Of a stretch of DNA of 64,000 bases, positions 27,312 to 37,012 are shown one piece after another; position 1 is the stretch's first letter, and each line of letters opens with the position of its first letter. A model generated the notes under the pieces. The model worked only from the letters and a program-made list of their open reading frames with translations, did no database searches and was not told the DNA's origin. Origin of the DNA: an uncultured Bacteroidota bacterium (lineage in GTDB: Bacteria > CLD3 > SB21); assembly GCA_964415295.1 (NCBI GenBank), contig CAYPYN010000002.1, positions 324,595-388,594 of the forward strand, given 5' to 3'. A program made the translations under genes and the position numbers.

Positions 27312-30300
27312 TTATTTCTTGTCAATCAGTATGACCGGTAATTCCTTTGCTTTGATAAATTCATTGAGTTTCGGAAGCTCTTTTTCGCAAAGCCATTGGC
27401 ATTTTCTCACTTCAAGATCCACCAGCCCGGATAATTGTTCGAAAACCTCTATCGACTGCTTGGTAGGCCTCATGTCTGCGGACGAAACCGTGCTCGTCAG
27501 AGAAACCAATTTATTGCTCAACTTCATGGGATAATTCAGCACGTCCTGGGAACTTTTGATCTTGGTTTGTATCAATTCATTTTCAACCGCCGAAAGACTG
27601 TCCAGAAGAGGCTTTGCAAATTTCCTGATCTCCCGGACCAGCGAAGTGTCTTTGAATTTCCCGCAAAATTCGTTGAATTGTTTTTGAATTTCACGGATCG
27701 AATTGATCGTCTTGTGGGCTTCCGTGATCTTCCTATTGATTTTCAGTAACAGATCCAACTGATGCTTCAAATCCTCCTGCGAAAATTCAACGCGCGGATC
27801 CTTTCTTATTTCAAAACTCTGCTTTTGGATGAAGGCTCCTGACGTAAGACGAATCTGATAGATACCCGGCAATACCTTCGGACCAGCCGTTGATCCATCC
27901 CAGAAGATCGCTCCCGGAACTTCTTCAGCGTCCGGATGACGCATGTCCCAGACGAACCGGTTCATGCCCGTGTCCGCCGGCACCACGAACATCCGCGTCT
28001 CTTTGGGCTTTTCATAAAATTCAGCGGAAGGCCGGACTTCTTTTCCCTTCTTGTCCTTCTTGCTTGAATAACTGACTATTAAGTTCCCTTCAGCATCCAG
28101 AAAATCAAGCTTTACTTCTTCCGTCGGTCTATTCTTGAAAAAATAATTTACCAGCACTCCGTTCGGCGGGTTTTGACCCAATGCAAGACCGGGACGGTTG
28201 TACTGAAAACCTTCCATCCGATAGGCAAAACGGGGCTCCATCAGAAAAGCTTCCGCTTTGGCCAGACCGTCATTCATTTGATAGAGCGGCGTAAGATCGT
28301 CCAATATCCAGAATGACCGGCCGTGTGTTGCCACGACGAGATCCATGTCCCGTGCCTGGACAGCTATATCATGGATCGGAGTAAGCGGTAAGTTCAGCTG
28401 CAGCGATTGCCACGAGCCGCCGTCATCAAATGACACATATACGCCCGTTTCCGTGCCGGCATAAAGTAATCCCTTTCGATTGGGATCTTCGCGAATCACG
28501 CGGGTATAAGCGTCGGCCGGAATTCCATCCGCGATCTTTGTCCATGTTCGACCGAAATCGTTCGTTTTGAACAGATACGGTTTAAAATCGTTCAGTTTGT
28601 AACGGGTTGCCGCCACGTAAGCTGATCCGGCATCCCATGGCGAGGCTTCGACCATACTTACCAAGGACCATTCGGGAAGATCCTTTGGTGTCGCATTGAT
28701 CCAGTTTGCGTCCTGTCCCCGCTTGATATAAATGAGACCGTCATCGGTTCCGGCCCAGAGCAATCCCTTTTCTTTGGGTGATTCCGCAAGGGTGAAAATC
28801 GTATTATAATATTCGACACCCGTATTATCTTTGGTGATGGGCCCACCGGAAGCCTTTTGTTTACCGGTATCGTTGCGGGTGAGGTCAGGACTGATATCTT
28901 CCCAACTCATTCCCTCATCCGTACTGCGATGAACTTTTTGAGACGTTACATAAAGCGTATTGGGGTCGTGCGGGGATAACAAGATCGGATAGGTCCATTG
29001 AAAACGGTATTTCAAACCTATTGTGCCGGCTCCGATCGGTGATTCCGGCCAAACCGAGATATTTTGCTCCTGTTTGGTCCGATAATTGTACTTGGTCAGG
29101 TAGCCGCCATAACTGCCGCCATACGTGATGTGGGGACGTTCCGGATGTGCAACAACGTATCCACTCTCTCCACCGGCAACCGGATGCCAGTCGGTAAAAT
29201 CAATCCCCCAACTGCCGGTCCTGCTCACGATACCGATAGTGCTGTTGTCCTGCTGCGCGCCGTAAACGTGATAAGGAAACTGATTGTCCAGCGATACGTG
29301 GTAAAATTGAGCGGTGGGGATATCCTGATCGGTCCATGATTGGCCGCCGTTGTATGAAACAACTCCGCCGCCATCGTCTCCGATGATCATGCATTGCGGA
29401 TCGTTCGGATTGATCCACAGATCGTGGTGATCACCGTGCTGAGTCGGCATATTTCTGAATGTTTTTCCGCCATCCATTGATTTGAAAAATTGTACATTCA
29501 ATGCATATAAAGTCTCGGCATGTTTTGGATCCGCATAAATATGGCTGTAATACCAAGCACGCTGCCTCAGATTTCGATCATCGTTGGTCCGCTGCCAGGT
29601 GTCTCCTCCGTCGTCCGAGCGAAAGATGCCGCCGTTTTCGGATTCAATACTGACCCATATGCGTCCGGCCTGGGCGGGTGATACCGCTATACCAATCTTT
29701 CCGACGAGGCCCTTCGGCATACCGGGCTTTTTTGTAATCTCTGTCCACGTGTCGCCTCCATCGGTTGATTTATACAGTCCGCTACCTTCGCCTCCGCTGG
29801 ACATACTCCATGGATTTCGATAAGCCTCCCACATCGCGGCATATAAAACGCGCGGATTATTCGGATCGATCTGGATATCCACTGCGCCCGTCTTATCATT
29901 CTTGAATAATACATTTTTCCACGAAATCCCGCCGTCAACAGAGCGATAGATACCGCGCTCTTTATTGACTCCAAAGATTTGCCCCATAGCGGCAACATAG
30001 ACCAAATTCGGGTCTTTGGGATGAACGGCAATTCTCGCTATCGTCTGTGTTTCTTTTAGACCGGCGTGTTTCCACGTTTTACCGGCATCCGCCGATCTGT
30101 ACATGCCATCCCCGGGCGAAATATTTCCACGAATGCACGACTCACCGGTACCGGCATAGATCACATTCGGGTCGGAGGGCGCCGTTTCGATCGCACCTAC
30201 CGAACTGCTTTTCAGAAAGCCATCCGAAATATTCATCCATGATATACCTCCGTCAACGGACTTCCAGATACCGCCTCCGGTTGCTCCAAAATAGAAAGTC

Positions 30301-30494
30301 TGCGGCTGATCCGCATGGCCGGTCACGGCAATGGAACGGCCTCCACGGAATGGCCCTATATTGCGCCATTGCATGGACTTAAAAAAGTATTCGTCGTATT
30401 TCTTTCCGACGACCGTCTTATTCTTTTGTTGTGCGTCCGCCGGTGAAGAGTAAAAGACGCAGGCCAGCAACAGCCATAGAATAGGGGTTTTCAA
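27312..30494 (-). CDS. Secreted BNR/Asp-box repeat protein (sortilin/VPS10- or GH74-like beta-propeller) with a C-terminal helical domain
   Basis: 1060 aa with signal peptide MKTPILWLLLACVFYSSPADA. At least eight SxDxGxTW Asp-box repeats are present (SVDGGISW, SADAGKTW, STDGGDTW, SDDGGDTW, SMDGGKTF, YNGGQSW, STDEGMSW and FDDGGSW). Confidence 0.75.
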   Translation of the reverse strand: MKTPILWLLLACVFYSSPADAQQKNKTVVGKKYDEYFFKSMQWRNIGPFRGGRSIAVTGHADQPQTFYFGATGGGIWKSVDGGISWMNISDGFLKSSSVGAIETAPSDPNVIYAGTGESCIRGNISPGDGMYRSADAGKTWKHAGLKETQTIARIAVHPKDPNLVYVAAMGQIFGVNKERGIYRSVDGGISWKNVLFKNDKTGAVDIQIDPNNPRVLYAAMWEAYRNPWSMSSGGEGSGLYKSTDGGDTWTEITKKPGMPKGLVGKIGIAVSPAQAGRIWVSIESENGGIFRSDDGGDTWQRTNDDRNLRQRAWYYSHIYADPKHAETLYALNVQFFKSMDGGKTFRNMPTQHGDHHDLWINPNDPQCMIIGDDGGGVVSYNGGQSWTDQDIPTAQFYHVSLDNQFPYHVYGAQQDNSTIGIVSRTGSWGIDFTDWHPVAGGESGYVVAHPERPHITYGGSYGGYLTKYNYRTKQEQNISVWPESPIGAGTIGLKYRFQWTYPILLSPHDPNTLYVTSQKVHRSTDEGMSWEDISPDLTRNDTGKQKASGGPITKDNTGVEYYNTIFTLAESPKEKGLLWAGTDDGLIYIKRGQDANWINATPKDLPEWSLVSMVEASPWDAGSAYVAATRYKLNDFKPYLFKTNDFGRTWTKIADGIPADAYTRVIREDPNRKGLLYAGTETGVYVSFDDGGSWQSLQLNLPLTPIHDIAVQARDMDLVVATHGRSFWILDDLTPLYQMNDGLAKAEAFLMEPRFAYRMEGFQYNRPGLALGQNPPNGVLVNYFFKNRPTEEVKLDFLDAEGNLIVSYSSKKDKKGKEVRPSAEFYEKPKETRMFVVPADTGMNRFVWDMRHPDAEEVPGAIFWDGSTAGPKVLPGIYQIRLTSGAFIQKQSFEIRKDPRVEFSQEDLKHQLDLLLKINRKITEAHKTINSIREIQKQFNEFCGKFKDTSLVREIRKFAKPLLDSLSAVENELIQTKIKSSQDVLNYPMKLSNKLVSLTSTVSSADMRPTKQSIEVFEQLSGLVDLEVRKCQWLCEKELPKLNEFIKAKELPVILIDKK

Positions 30495-30570
30495 TGTATG
30501 TCTCCTTTGCTATGAGTTTGACTTTTAATCTTAACGTTTTATATTAGGCAGATCTAAAAAGGAAAAGCTT

Positions 30571-31377
30571 ATGTGCCGATTAGTTGTATATAAAGGTCGA
30601 GCGGTGCCGATTTGCAAATTATTACTGGAACCGCCCCATTCCCTACTAAAGCAGAGTTATGAGGCACGGGAGATGTTATCAGGCCGGCTGAACGCCGATG
30701 GGTTTGGTATTGGTTGGTATCAGAAAGCCCTCGATCCGAGTCCCGCCATTTATACCAGCACTCTTCCAGCATGGAATGATGTCAATTTACCGCGCATGAC
30801 AAACAAAATCGCCTCCGACCTTATATTCGGTCACGTCCGCGGCGCTTCGGATGGCATGCCGGTTACTTCCGCTAACACGCACCCTTTTTGTTATAAGAAT
30901 TTCATGTTCATGCACAACGGTTCAGTGGACAGCTTCCGTTCAAAAATTTATCCTGAAGTAACCTCATTTATAGACAAGAATCTTTGGGAGCATATCAAAG
31001 GTAATACGGATTCGGAACATATCTTCGGATTGTGGCTGAGTTTCCTTGGTATTTCCGATGTCCGTCCGTTCACGGTCGAGGAACAATCGGAGGCGCTTCG
31101 AAAAACAATTTCTTTCCTCGAAACTCTGGCCGACCGAATGAAAATCGAGATGGTCTTAAATTTGGCCATTTCCGACGGTTCCAATATTCTTGCGACGCGC
31201 CATCATTTTGGCAGCAGGAAAGCTTCGTTGTACTTTGCCAAAAATCTTACCGCATTCCCGGACTCTATTATCATTGCTTCTGAAAAACTGAACGACGACA
31301 ACGATTGGAAGCCGATTCCTGAAAGATCATTGGTCACAATTGAGGATGGCCATATTTTCCGGATTTCTACGCTGTGA
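30571..31377 (+). CDS. Class II (Ntn-type) glutamine amidotransferase domain protein (YafJ/EgtC-like)
   Basis: 268 aa beginning MCRL with a Cys2 nucleophile. Further motifs are DGFGIGWY and HTRWAS-like GHVRGASDG. Confidence 0.75.
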   Translation: MCRLVVYKGRAVPICKLLLEPPHSLLKQSYEAREMLSGRLNADGFGIGWYQKALDPSPAIYTSTLPAWNDVNLPRMTNKIASDLIFGHVRGASDGMPVTSANTHPFCYKNFMFMHNGSVDSFRSKIYPEVTSFIDKNLWEHIKGNTDSEHIFGLWLSFLGISDVRPFTVEEQSEALRKTISFLETLADRMKIEMVLNLAISDGSNILATRHHFGSRKASLYFAKNLTAFPDSIIIASEKLNDDNDWKPIPERSLVTIEDGHIFRISTL

Positions 31378-31498
31378 AACCTGCGCCACGCGTATCTTTC
31401 CCCACAGCCAGTACTTACGGTTGAACACATTCATACCCTATGGATCCAAGAAATGGAACGGACTTCCAAGGTCGTCTCTACGGCTATAGTCTTGCATG

Positions 31499-31521
31499 AA
31501 AAGCCGCCATGGCGGCCATTC
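31499..31521. terminator. Bidirectional terminator between convergent genes
   Basis: Palindrome GCCGCCATGGCGGC flanked by A-rich and T-rich runs. Confidence 0.5.
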
Positions 31522-31541
31522 TTTGACTATGTGTTGAAAGG

Positions 31542-32459
31542 CTAATCCTTTTTGTTTTTATTCACTTCCCCCGCAATCACCATCGCGTCGCGGATCTGAT
31601 CGGCGATCGATGTCAGACCTCCCGGGGAATGCGGCATAAGAATCGTATTGGTATGCGAATGCTCACCGATATTTTGCAGCGTATCAAAGTACTGCGTCAT
31701 CAATACAAGGGTCATCACATCTTTGGCCGAAGATCCTTCGACGGCGGCCTGGAACTGTTCCACGGAATCCCTCAATCCTTCGATGATCGCTTTGCGCTGA
31801 TCAGCAATACCTTTGCCCTGCAAGGCTTTGCTTTGCGCTTCCGCTTCTGCGGCTTTTACTTTGAGAATCCGGTCCGCCTCGCCTTTTTCCGAAGCCGCCA
31901 TACGCAAACGCGTGGCCGCATTAATCTCGTTCATGGCCTCTTTGACTTTGGAATCCGGGTCGATATCTGTAACAAGGGCTTTCAAAATATCATAACCAAA
32001 AGCTTCCATGGTCTGATTCAGTTCCTGACGCACGGCATCGGCAATTTCATCCTTTTTTTCAAATAGATCGTCCAATTTGAGTTTAGGCACGCGCGCACGC
32101 ACGAGATCGAATACAAATGAGGTCACCTGCTGATGCACGTTGGTCAGCTTGTAGTAGGCATCGTATACTTTTTCCGGGATAACGAAGTACTGAACAGAAA
32201 CTTTGAGATGGACAAATACGTCGTCCGCGGTTTTCGTCTCGACCACCACGTCCAGCTGCTGTACGCGCATATTGATCCGCGTGACCAGCGCATCGACGAT
32301 GGGAATTTTGAAACGGAGTCCGGGTTGTGCCAGACGAAGAAACTTACCAAACCTTTCGATGATCCCAACGGTCTGTTGTTTGATCACAAAAAAAGAGCCC
32401 AACAAAATGATAAAAAATATAAATGCGGCCAATCCGAAACATATCCATGCACCATCCAT
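31542..32459 (-). CDS. SPFH/band-7 (stomatin/prohibitin-like) membrane protein
   Basis: 305 aa with an N-terminal TM helix and an SPFH domain (VVETKTADDVFVHLKVSVQY). A coiled-coil C-terminus is rich in Ala/Glu. Confidence 0.85.
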   Translation of the reverse strand: MDGAWICFGLAAFIFFIILLGSFFVIKQQTVGIIERFGKFLRLAQPGLRFKIPIVDALVTRINMRVQQLDVVVETKTADDVFVHLKVSVQYFVIPEKVYDAYYKLTNVHQQVTSFVFDLVRARVPKLKLDDLFEKKDEIADAVRQELNQTMEAFGYDILKALVTDIDPDSKVKEAMNEINAATRLRMAASEKGEADRILKVKAAEAEAQSKALQGKGIADQRKAIIEGLRDSVEQFQAAVEGSSAKDVMTLVLMTQYFDTLQNIGEHSHTNTILMPHSPGGLTSIADQIRDAMVIAGEVNKNKKD

Positions 32460-32601
32460 GACACACCTCCGATATTTTCTATTGAAGAATTGACGAGGAA
32501 TGAAATTAAGTCTGCATCAAATTATAAAAAAGATTGGAAATTGGCCATACTTATTTATATATATGAAAAACTTTTTGAGTCGTTTGCTAAAGTAATAACC
32601 A

Positions 32602-33501
32602 TTGATGCTCCACGAAATCGCAAAGGAGATCCATTCCCCGACCAATGCCGCTCTTTTGGCACGGGTCATAAGCCTCCTCAGGTGCACTTCCTGCGGCGCA
32701 TCCCGTTTTGAGATACATCGGGACGAATCGACCCCTCTGGACATTCAGACGCATTGCGTCGTCGTTTGTGAAGAGTGCAAGACCTGTTTCAAATACGAGA
32801 ACGGCATTCTCGAAATGCTGACCGAAAGACCATCCGGCCTGAGTCTTGCACAACGAAGCAACTTCACTGACATGGTCGCCGATTATTATCAGTCGGCCTG
32901 GCGCTCCTGGTGCATGCATCTGTTCTGCGGAAAAAAATTTGACAACGAGGCGGAATCGAAGCAGTTAATTGATTTATTACGTTTCAATGAGCTCCCTCAG
33001 AACCCTGTTTTCGTCGATGTAGGAACAAGTCACGGATATTATGCCATTTCCGTCGCCGGCAAATTAAAAGAGACGCATCCGGAAGGATATGTTATCGGAA
33101 TTGATTTTTCCAAAAAGATGTTATACCGGGCGGTCGCGGCGGCAGAAAAAGCGGCCGTGAGCGACCGCATTTTATGGATCCTCGCCGACGCGGAAGATAT
33201 GCCTTTTTCAGGTGGATGCGCTGACCGTGTAACGTGCGGCGGCGGCCTCAACGAATACGGGCATCCGCAGAAGGTCATTTCAGAATGCGCCAGAGTTGTG
33301 TCCGAGAATAGTTTGTATGTTACAATGAATCTTTTCTCCAAAGGTGCCTTTTCAAAATTCTTGTTTTTCATAACACGTCTTATATCCGGACTCTTGTTCC
33401 TGACCAGGGATTCGTGGAACCGAATGTTGGAAGAAGCAGGATTTCACCAAAGAGAGCAGCGCATCTGCGGTGTGGTTATGTTCACTGTTTCGCAGAAATG
33501 A
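32602..33501 (+). CDS. Class I SAM-dependent methyltransferase with an N-terminal Trm112-like zinc ribbon
   Basis: 299 aa. The zinc ribbon contains CTSCGAS...CEECKTCF. The methyltransferase motif I is VDVGTSHGYYAIS and a post-I acidic residue follows. Confidence 0.7.
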   Translation: MMLHEIAKEIHSPTNAALLARVISLLRCTSCGASRFEIHRDESTPLDIQTHCVVVCEECKTCFKYENGILEMLTERPSGLSLAQRSNFTDMVADYYQSAWRSWCMHLFCGKKFDNEAESKQLIDLLRFNELPQNPVFVDVGTSHGYYAISVAGKLKETHPEGYVIGIDFSKKMLYRAVAAAEKAAVSDRILWILADAEDMPFSGGCADRVTCGGGLNEYGHPQKVISECARVVSENSLYVTMNLFSKGAFSKFLFFITRLISGLLFLTRDSWNRMLEEAGFHQREQRICGVVMFTVSQK

Positions 33502-33848
33502 CCGGAAATATTCAAAGCGATTGGCGGAGCCGTATGGAGACTGAAATGAGTGCAGCCCGCCAAGCCTGGGATGAGAAGAACGACGGTCGCGCAAGAGCCT
33601 GCGTGCGAAGAGCGGTTGGAATTCTGCTAAAGGAAGTGGATAGGCGGGATGGAAAGCCGTTGAATTCTTCTTTTTCCGCTGTGGACCGTTTGCGCCACGT
33701 TGCCGCCGATCAGGAACTTCCGGAAAACATCAGGAAAGCGGCTCAAAGATTGGTGACGAATATCAATAACCGTCTTAGTACCGACTTCACACTTCATCCC
33801 ATTCACGATGCCAATATCCTGATCGATTATTTCCAAAAAGACACCTGA
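33498..33848 (+). CDS. Hypothetical protein
   Basis: About 117 aa, from an ATG that overlaps the stop of the upstream methyltransferase (ATGA). The longer ORF from 33414 would overlap the upstream gene. No motifs. Confidence 0.35.
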   Translation: MTGNIQSDWRSRMETEMSAARQAWDEKNDGRARACVRRAVGILLKEVDRRDGKPLNSSFSAVDRLRHVAADQELPENIRKAAQRLVTNINNRLSTDFTLHPIHDANILIDYFQKDT

Positions 33849-34090
33849 CTCTAGGTTTGCCTACCGACCACCGCAAGAAAAAACTTTCATCTGCAATTTT
33901 TTTGTTTCTAATATCCTTTAACATTTGGATAATACTGGAAATAATGTGCTCATAATCACATTGTAAACGTAATAAAAACAATAAAAAAAGTCAGTGGGTG
34001 TCGATACGTAAATTTGGCACGAAGCTTGTATGCAATATGGCCGCAACGATAAAGAAATTTAGGACCAGTTAAATAGATTTTGGAGAAGTT

Positions 34091-34921
34091 ATGAAAGCGA
34101 TCATTTTAGCGGCAGGACAAGGAAAAAGGTTACTCCCTCTGACCCAGGACACCCCTAAAACGTTATTGAATATTTCCGGCACCACGATTTTGGAATACCA
34201 GTTGGTCACTTTGGCCAGTTGCAATGTCAAAGAAGTGGTCTTAGTTGGCGGCTTCCGTGTGGACAAACTGAAAGACTATGCGGAACGCTATATTGCCCTG
34301 CACGGATTGGACCTCAAGTTAAAGGTCATCAACAACAAAGATTACGCGATCACGAACAATCTGTATTCTCTGTGGCTCGCTAAGGACGAAATGAATTCGG
34401 ATTTTCTCGTTATCAATGGCGACAACGTTTTCGATCGCCGCGCGATCGTGAAAATGCTGCAGCAGAAAGACATTACAGCCGCCGTGGCCATACACAAGAA
34501 CCCCAGCTACGACGATGAAGATATGAAAGTTCGTATTGTTGGTTCCAATGTGGTTGAAATCAGCAAAGGTATTGACAATCAGCTGGCCAGCGGCGAATCG
34601 ATCGGACTCCGGTTATTCCGCGGCAAAGGCGTAGCCGCTTTCAAGTATGCGATGGATCTGGCTATGATAGAAGACGTCAAACGCAACGCCTTTTTCGTTC
34701 GCGCGATCCAGCACATGATCGACATGGGTCACAACGTCGGTTACGTCGAAGTGACGGAATACAAATACGGTGAACTCGACTTTTTCGAAGACCTGAAGAA
34801 TCTCGAAATCGAAATGGCCGGTATGATGAAACAAACGATCATGATGCATACCAATCCGGCGAGCCTTTATGCGATCAGCTTACAGCCTTACCGCGCTTCC
34901 GGCATGAAAAAAGCGAGCTAA
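34091..34921 (+). CDS. Nucleotidyltransferase (sugar-/alcohol-phosphate cytidylyltransferase-like, IPCT/LicC-like)
   Basis: 276 aa with the N-terminal motif MKAIILAAGQGKRLLPL (GxGxRL NTP-binding loop) and LVINGDNVFD. A GGAGAAG Shine-Dalgarno site lies upstream. Confidence 0.8.
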   Translation: MKAIILAAGQGKRLLPLTQDTPKTLLNISGTTILEYQLVTLASCNVKEVVLVGGFRVDKLKDYAERYIALHGLDLKLKVINNKDYAITNNLYSLWLAKDEMNSDFLVINGDNVFDRRAIVKMLQQKDITAAVAIHKNPSYDDEDMKVRIVGSNVVEISKGIDNQLASGESIGLRLFRGKGVAAFKYAMDLAMIEDVKRNAFFVRAIQHMIDMGHNVGYVEVTEYKYGELDFFEDLKNLEIEMAGMMKQTIMMHTNPASLYAISLQPYRASGMKKAS

Positions 34922-34962
34922 TAGCTTGTAAATATTGATATCATTTGCAATTATATTAAATT

Positions 34963-34994
34963 CTTGATAGTTTAACTATCAAGAATTTTTTTTT
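34963..34994 (+). terminator. Hairpin plus T-run (terminator or attenuator) between the cytidylyltransferase gene and the downstream operon
   Basis: Stem CTTGATAG-tttaa-CTATCAAG followed by AATTTTTTTTTT. Confidence 0.55.
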
Positions 34995-35003
34995 GGCGTC
35001 AAT

Positions 35004-36170
35004 ATGAAAATAGCCTATATCACAACCATCAAGATTCCCAGCCCGCAGGCGATATCAGAACAGGTGCTGAATAATCTTTCCGCATTGAGTTCTCACTCCG
35101 ACCTTACAATCACGCTGATTGCGCCAAAAAGAAAAGACGAGGAGCCTTCATCGGATACCATACGCCAATATTACGGGCTGAAGACTCCGGTGAAAATACA
35201 ATTCATGATGTACGCACGTTGGATGGGGCCAAAGCTCCGACGGTTTCTGCACCCCTTTTTGGCACCTCTATATTGTTCACTAAAAGGATTTGATGTATTC
35301 TATACCCGACATCCGACCATTCTGTTTTTTTGTCTTCTGCTTCACAAAAAAACGGTTTTCGATACTTACCGAATGGATCTGAGTTACGATGGAAGATATC
35401 TATTATGGAGAAAGTTCTGTCTGAATCGACGGAAGCTCATCGGTATATTCAGCCATTCGGAATTGGCCCGTCAGTCCTATATCAAAGCGGGCTTTGATCC
35501 TGATAAGATAATCACCGTTTACAACGGCTGTAACGATCGCTTCGAGGAGAGTTGTACCCAAAGAGCCAAGGTTCGTACCGATCTGAACATACCGCACGAC
35601 CAGATCGTAGTATGTTATGCCGGGCGCATCGAAAGCAAGAAAAAAAGGACCGATCTTCTTCTTCATATCGCCCATGAATTTCCCGATATCGTTTTTTTGA
35701 TAGTTGGAGGGGCTACTCAACCGTCTGAAGACGCCGTTTTTGACGACTCCATCAAAGCGCTCGGTCTTAACAACGTAATCCGGACCGGAATGGTCAAACC
35801 GTGCGAAGTCATGAATTATTTATGTGCTTCGGATATACTCATCATACCGCCTTCGGAAGACCCGCTGCACAAATGCGGCAAAACGGTACTGCCTCTCAAA
35901 ACTTTTCAATACTTGTCGGCCCGAAAAGCGATCCTGGCACCGAGACTCCCGGATATCGGTGAGGTATTAAATCACATGCAAAACGCGGTTCTGGTCACCC
36001 CCGGAGACCTAAGCGAGGCCAACCAGCAGTTGCAGGTGCTCATTGTGAACCACGACCTTCGCACAAAATTATCCAACCAGTGCGCTGAAGATATAAAGAA
36101 GTACACATGGGAATATCGGGCCAATCAAATTGCCGGTTTTCTGCATCAACATACCTCCGAAGGACGTTAA
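35004..36170 (+). CDS. Glycosyltransferase family 4 (GT-B fold)
   Basis: 388 aa with a GT4 C-terminal domain. The EX7E-like region includes SEDPLHKCGKTVLPLKTFQYLSARKAIL. Confidence 0.75.
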   Translation: MKIAYITTIKIPSPQAISEQVLNNLSALSSHSDLTITLIAPKRKDEEPSSDTIRQYYGLKTPVKIQFMMYARWMGPKLRRFLHPFLAPLYCSLKGFDVFYTRHPTILFFCLLLHKKTVFDTYRMDLSYDGRYLLWRKFCLNRRKLIGIFSHSELARQSYIKAGFDPDKIITVYNGCNDRFEESCTQRAKVRTDLNIPHDQIVVCYAGRIESKKKRTDLLLHIAHEFPDIVFLIVGGATQPSEDAVFDDSIKALGLNNVIRTGMVKPCEVMNYLCASDILIIPPSEDPLHKCGKTVLPLKTFQYLSARKAILAPRLPDIGEVLNHMQNAVLVTPGDLSEANQQLQVLIVNHDLRTKLSNQCAEDIKKYTWEYRANQIAGFLHQHTSEGR

Positions 36171-37009
36171 TGATGAAGTTCAGTATCCCCCGAAAGATGC
36201 TATGGACTATGGCCATGGTTTTTGGTCTGTCCGCCGTGATCGGTTTTCTTCTCCTCGAAAACAGTATGCGGCCGGTTCTGATCCCTCTGATAGTTGGCAT
36301 AGCAACACTGCTGTTTTTTAGTGCTTATGCATATATTGAGTTATCCAGCCGCTTAAGCTCCCATCATGACCTTGTTTACAGACAAACTGAAGCTTTATTC
36401 GGGATTCATTCCGTACTGCATCCAAGACTTCCTTTACCCTCGATGAGAGGCTGGACCATTCTTCCGGACGCCGCCGCCATTATTATTTCCAATATTCTTT
36501 CCCGAAAGCCTAACTTCATTCTCGAGTGCGGGTCCGGCGTCTCCACTATTCTGTGCGGATATTCTCTGGAGCGACTCAATAGTAAAGGCAAGATTCTGTC
36601 CATCGATCATGAAGCGTATTATGGTTCGTTAACCGCGAAGACCATGGAGAAACACGGTTTTTCATCGGATATGTTCAAAATTGTCCACGCACCGCTTATT
36701 ACTCACAAGAATGATTCCAAGCCCTTCATTTGGTATGACACGTCGTTCTTGTCCTTATTGACAAATCCCGTGGATCTTCTTATCGTGGATGGACCTCCGC
36801 ACAAGACGCAGTATAAAGCCCGTTATCCCGCCATGGCATTCCTTTTCGAAAAGCTGTCGGACAATGCCGTCATCATCCTGGACGATGGCAGCCGTCAGGA
36901 TGAAAAAGCCATCGTCGAGCAATGGCTGTCAGAATATCCTTCTTTAAAATTAGAATTTCATGACACTGAAAAAGGTGTTGCTGTGTTAACCAAAACCTCT
37001 GGCGCATGA
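36171..37009 (+). CDS. Membrane-anchored class I SAM-dependent methyltransferase
   Basis: The start ATG abuts the upstream stop. Two N-terminal TM helices are followed by motif I ILECGSGVSTIL and motif LLIVDGPPH. Confidence 0.65.
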
Positions 37010-37012
37010 CCC

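Noticed and set aside
33414-33497. Longer N-terminal extension of the small ORF (starting at MEPNVGRS)
   Set aside because: It would overlap the upstream methyltransferase gene by about 90 bp in another frame. The ATG at 33498, overlapping the stop, is more parsimonious. The ORF itself remains low confidence.
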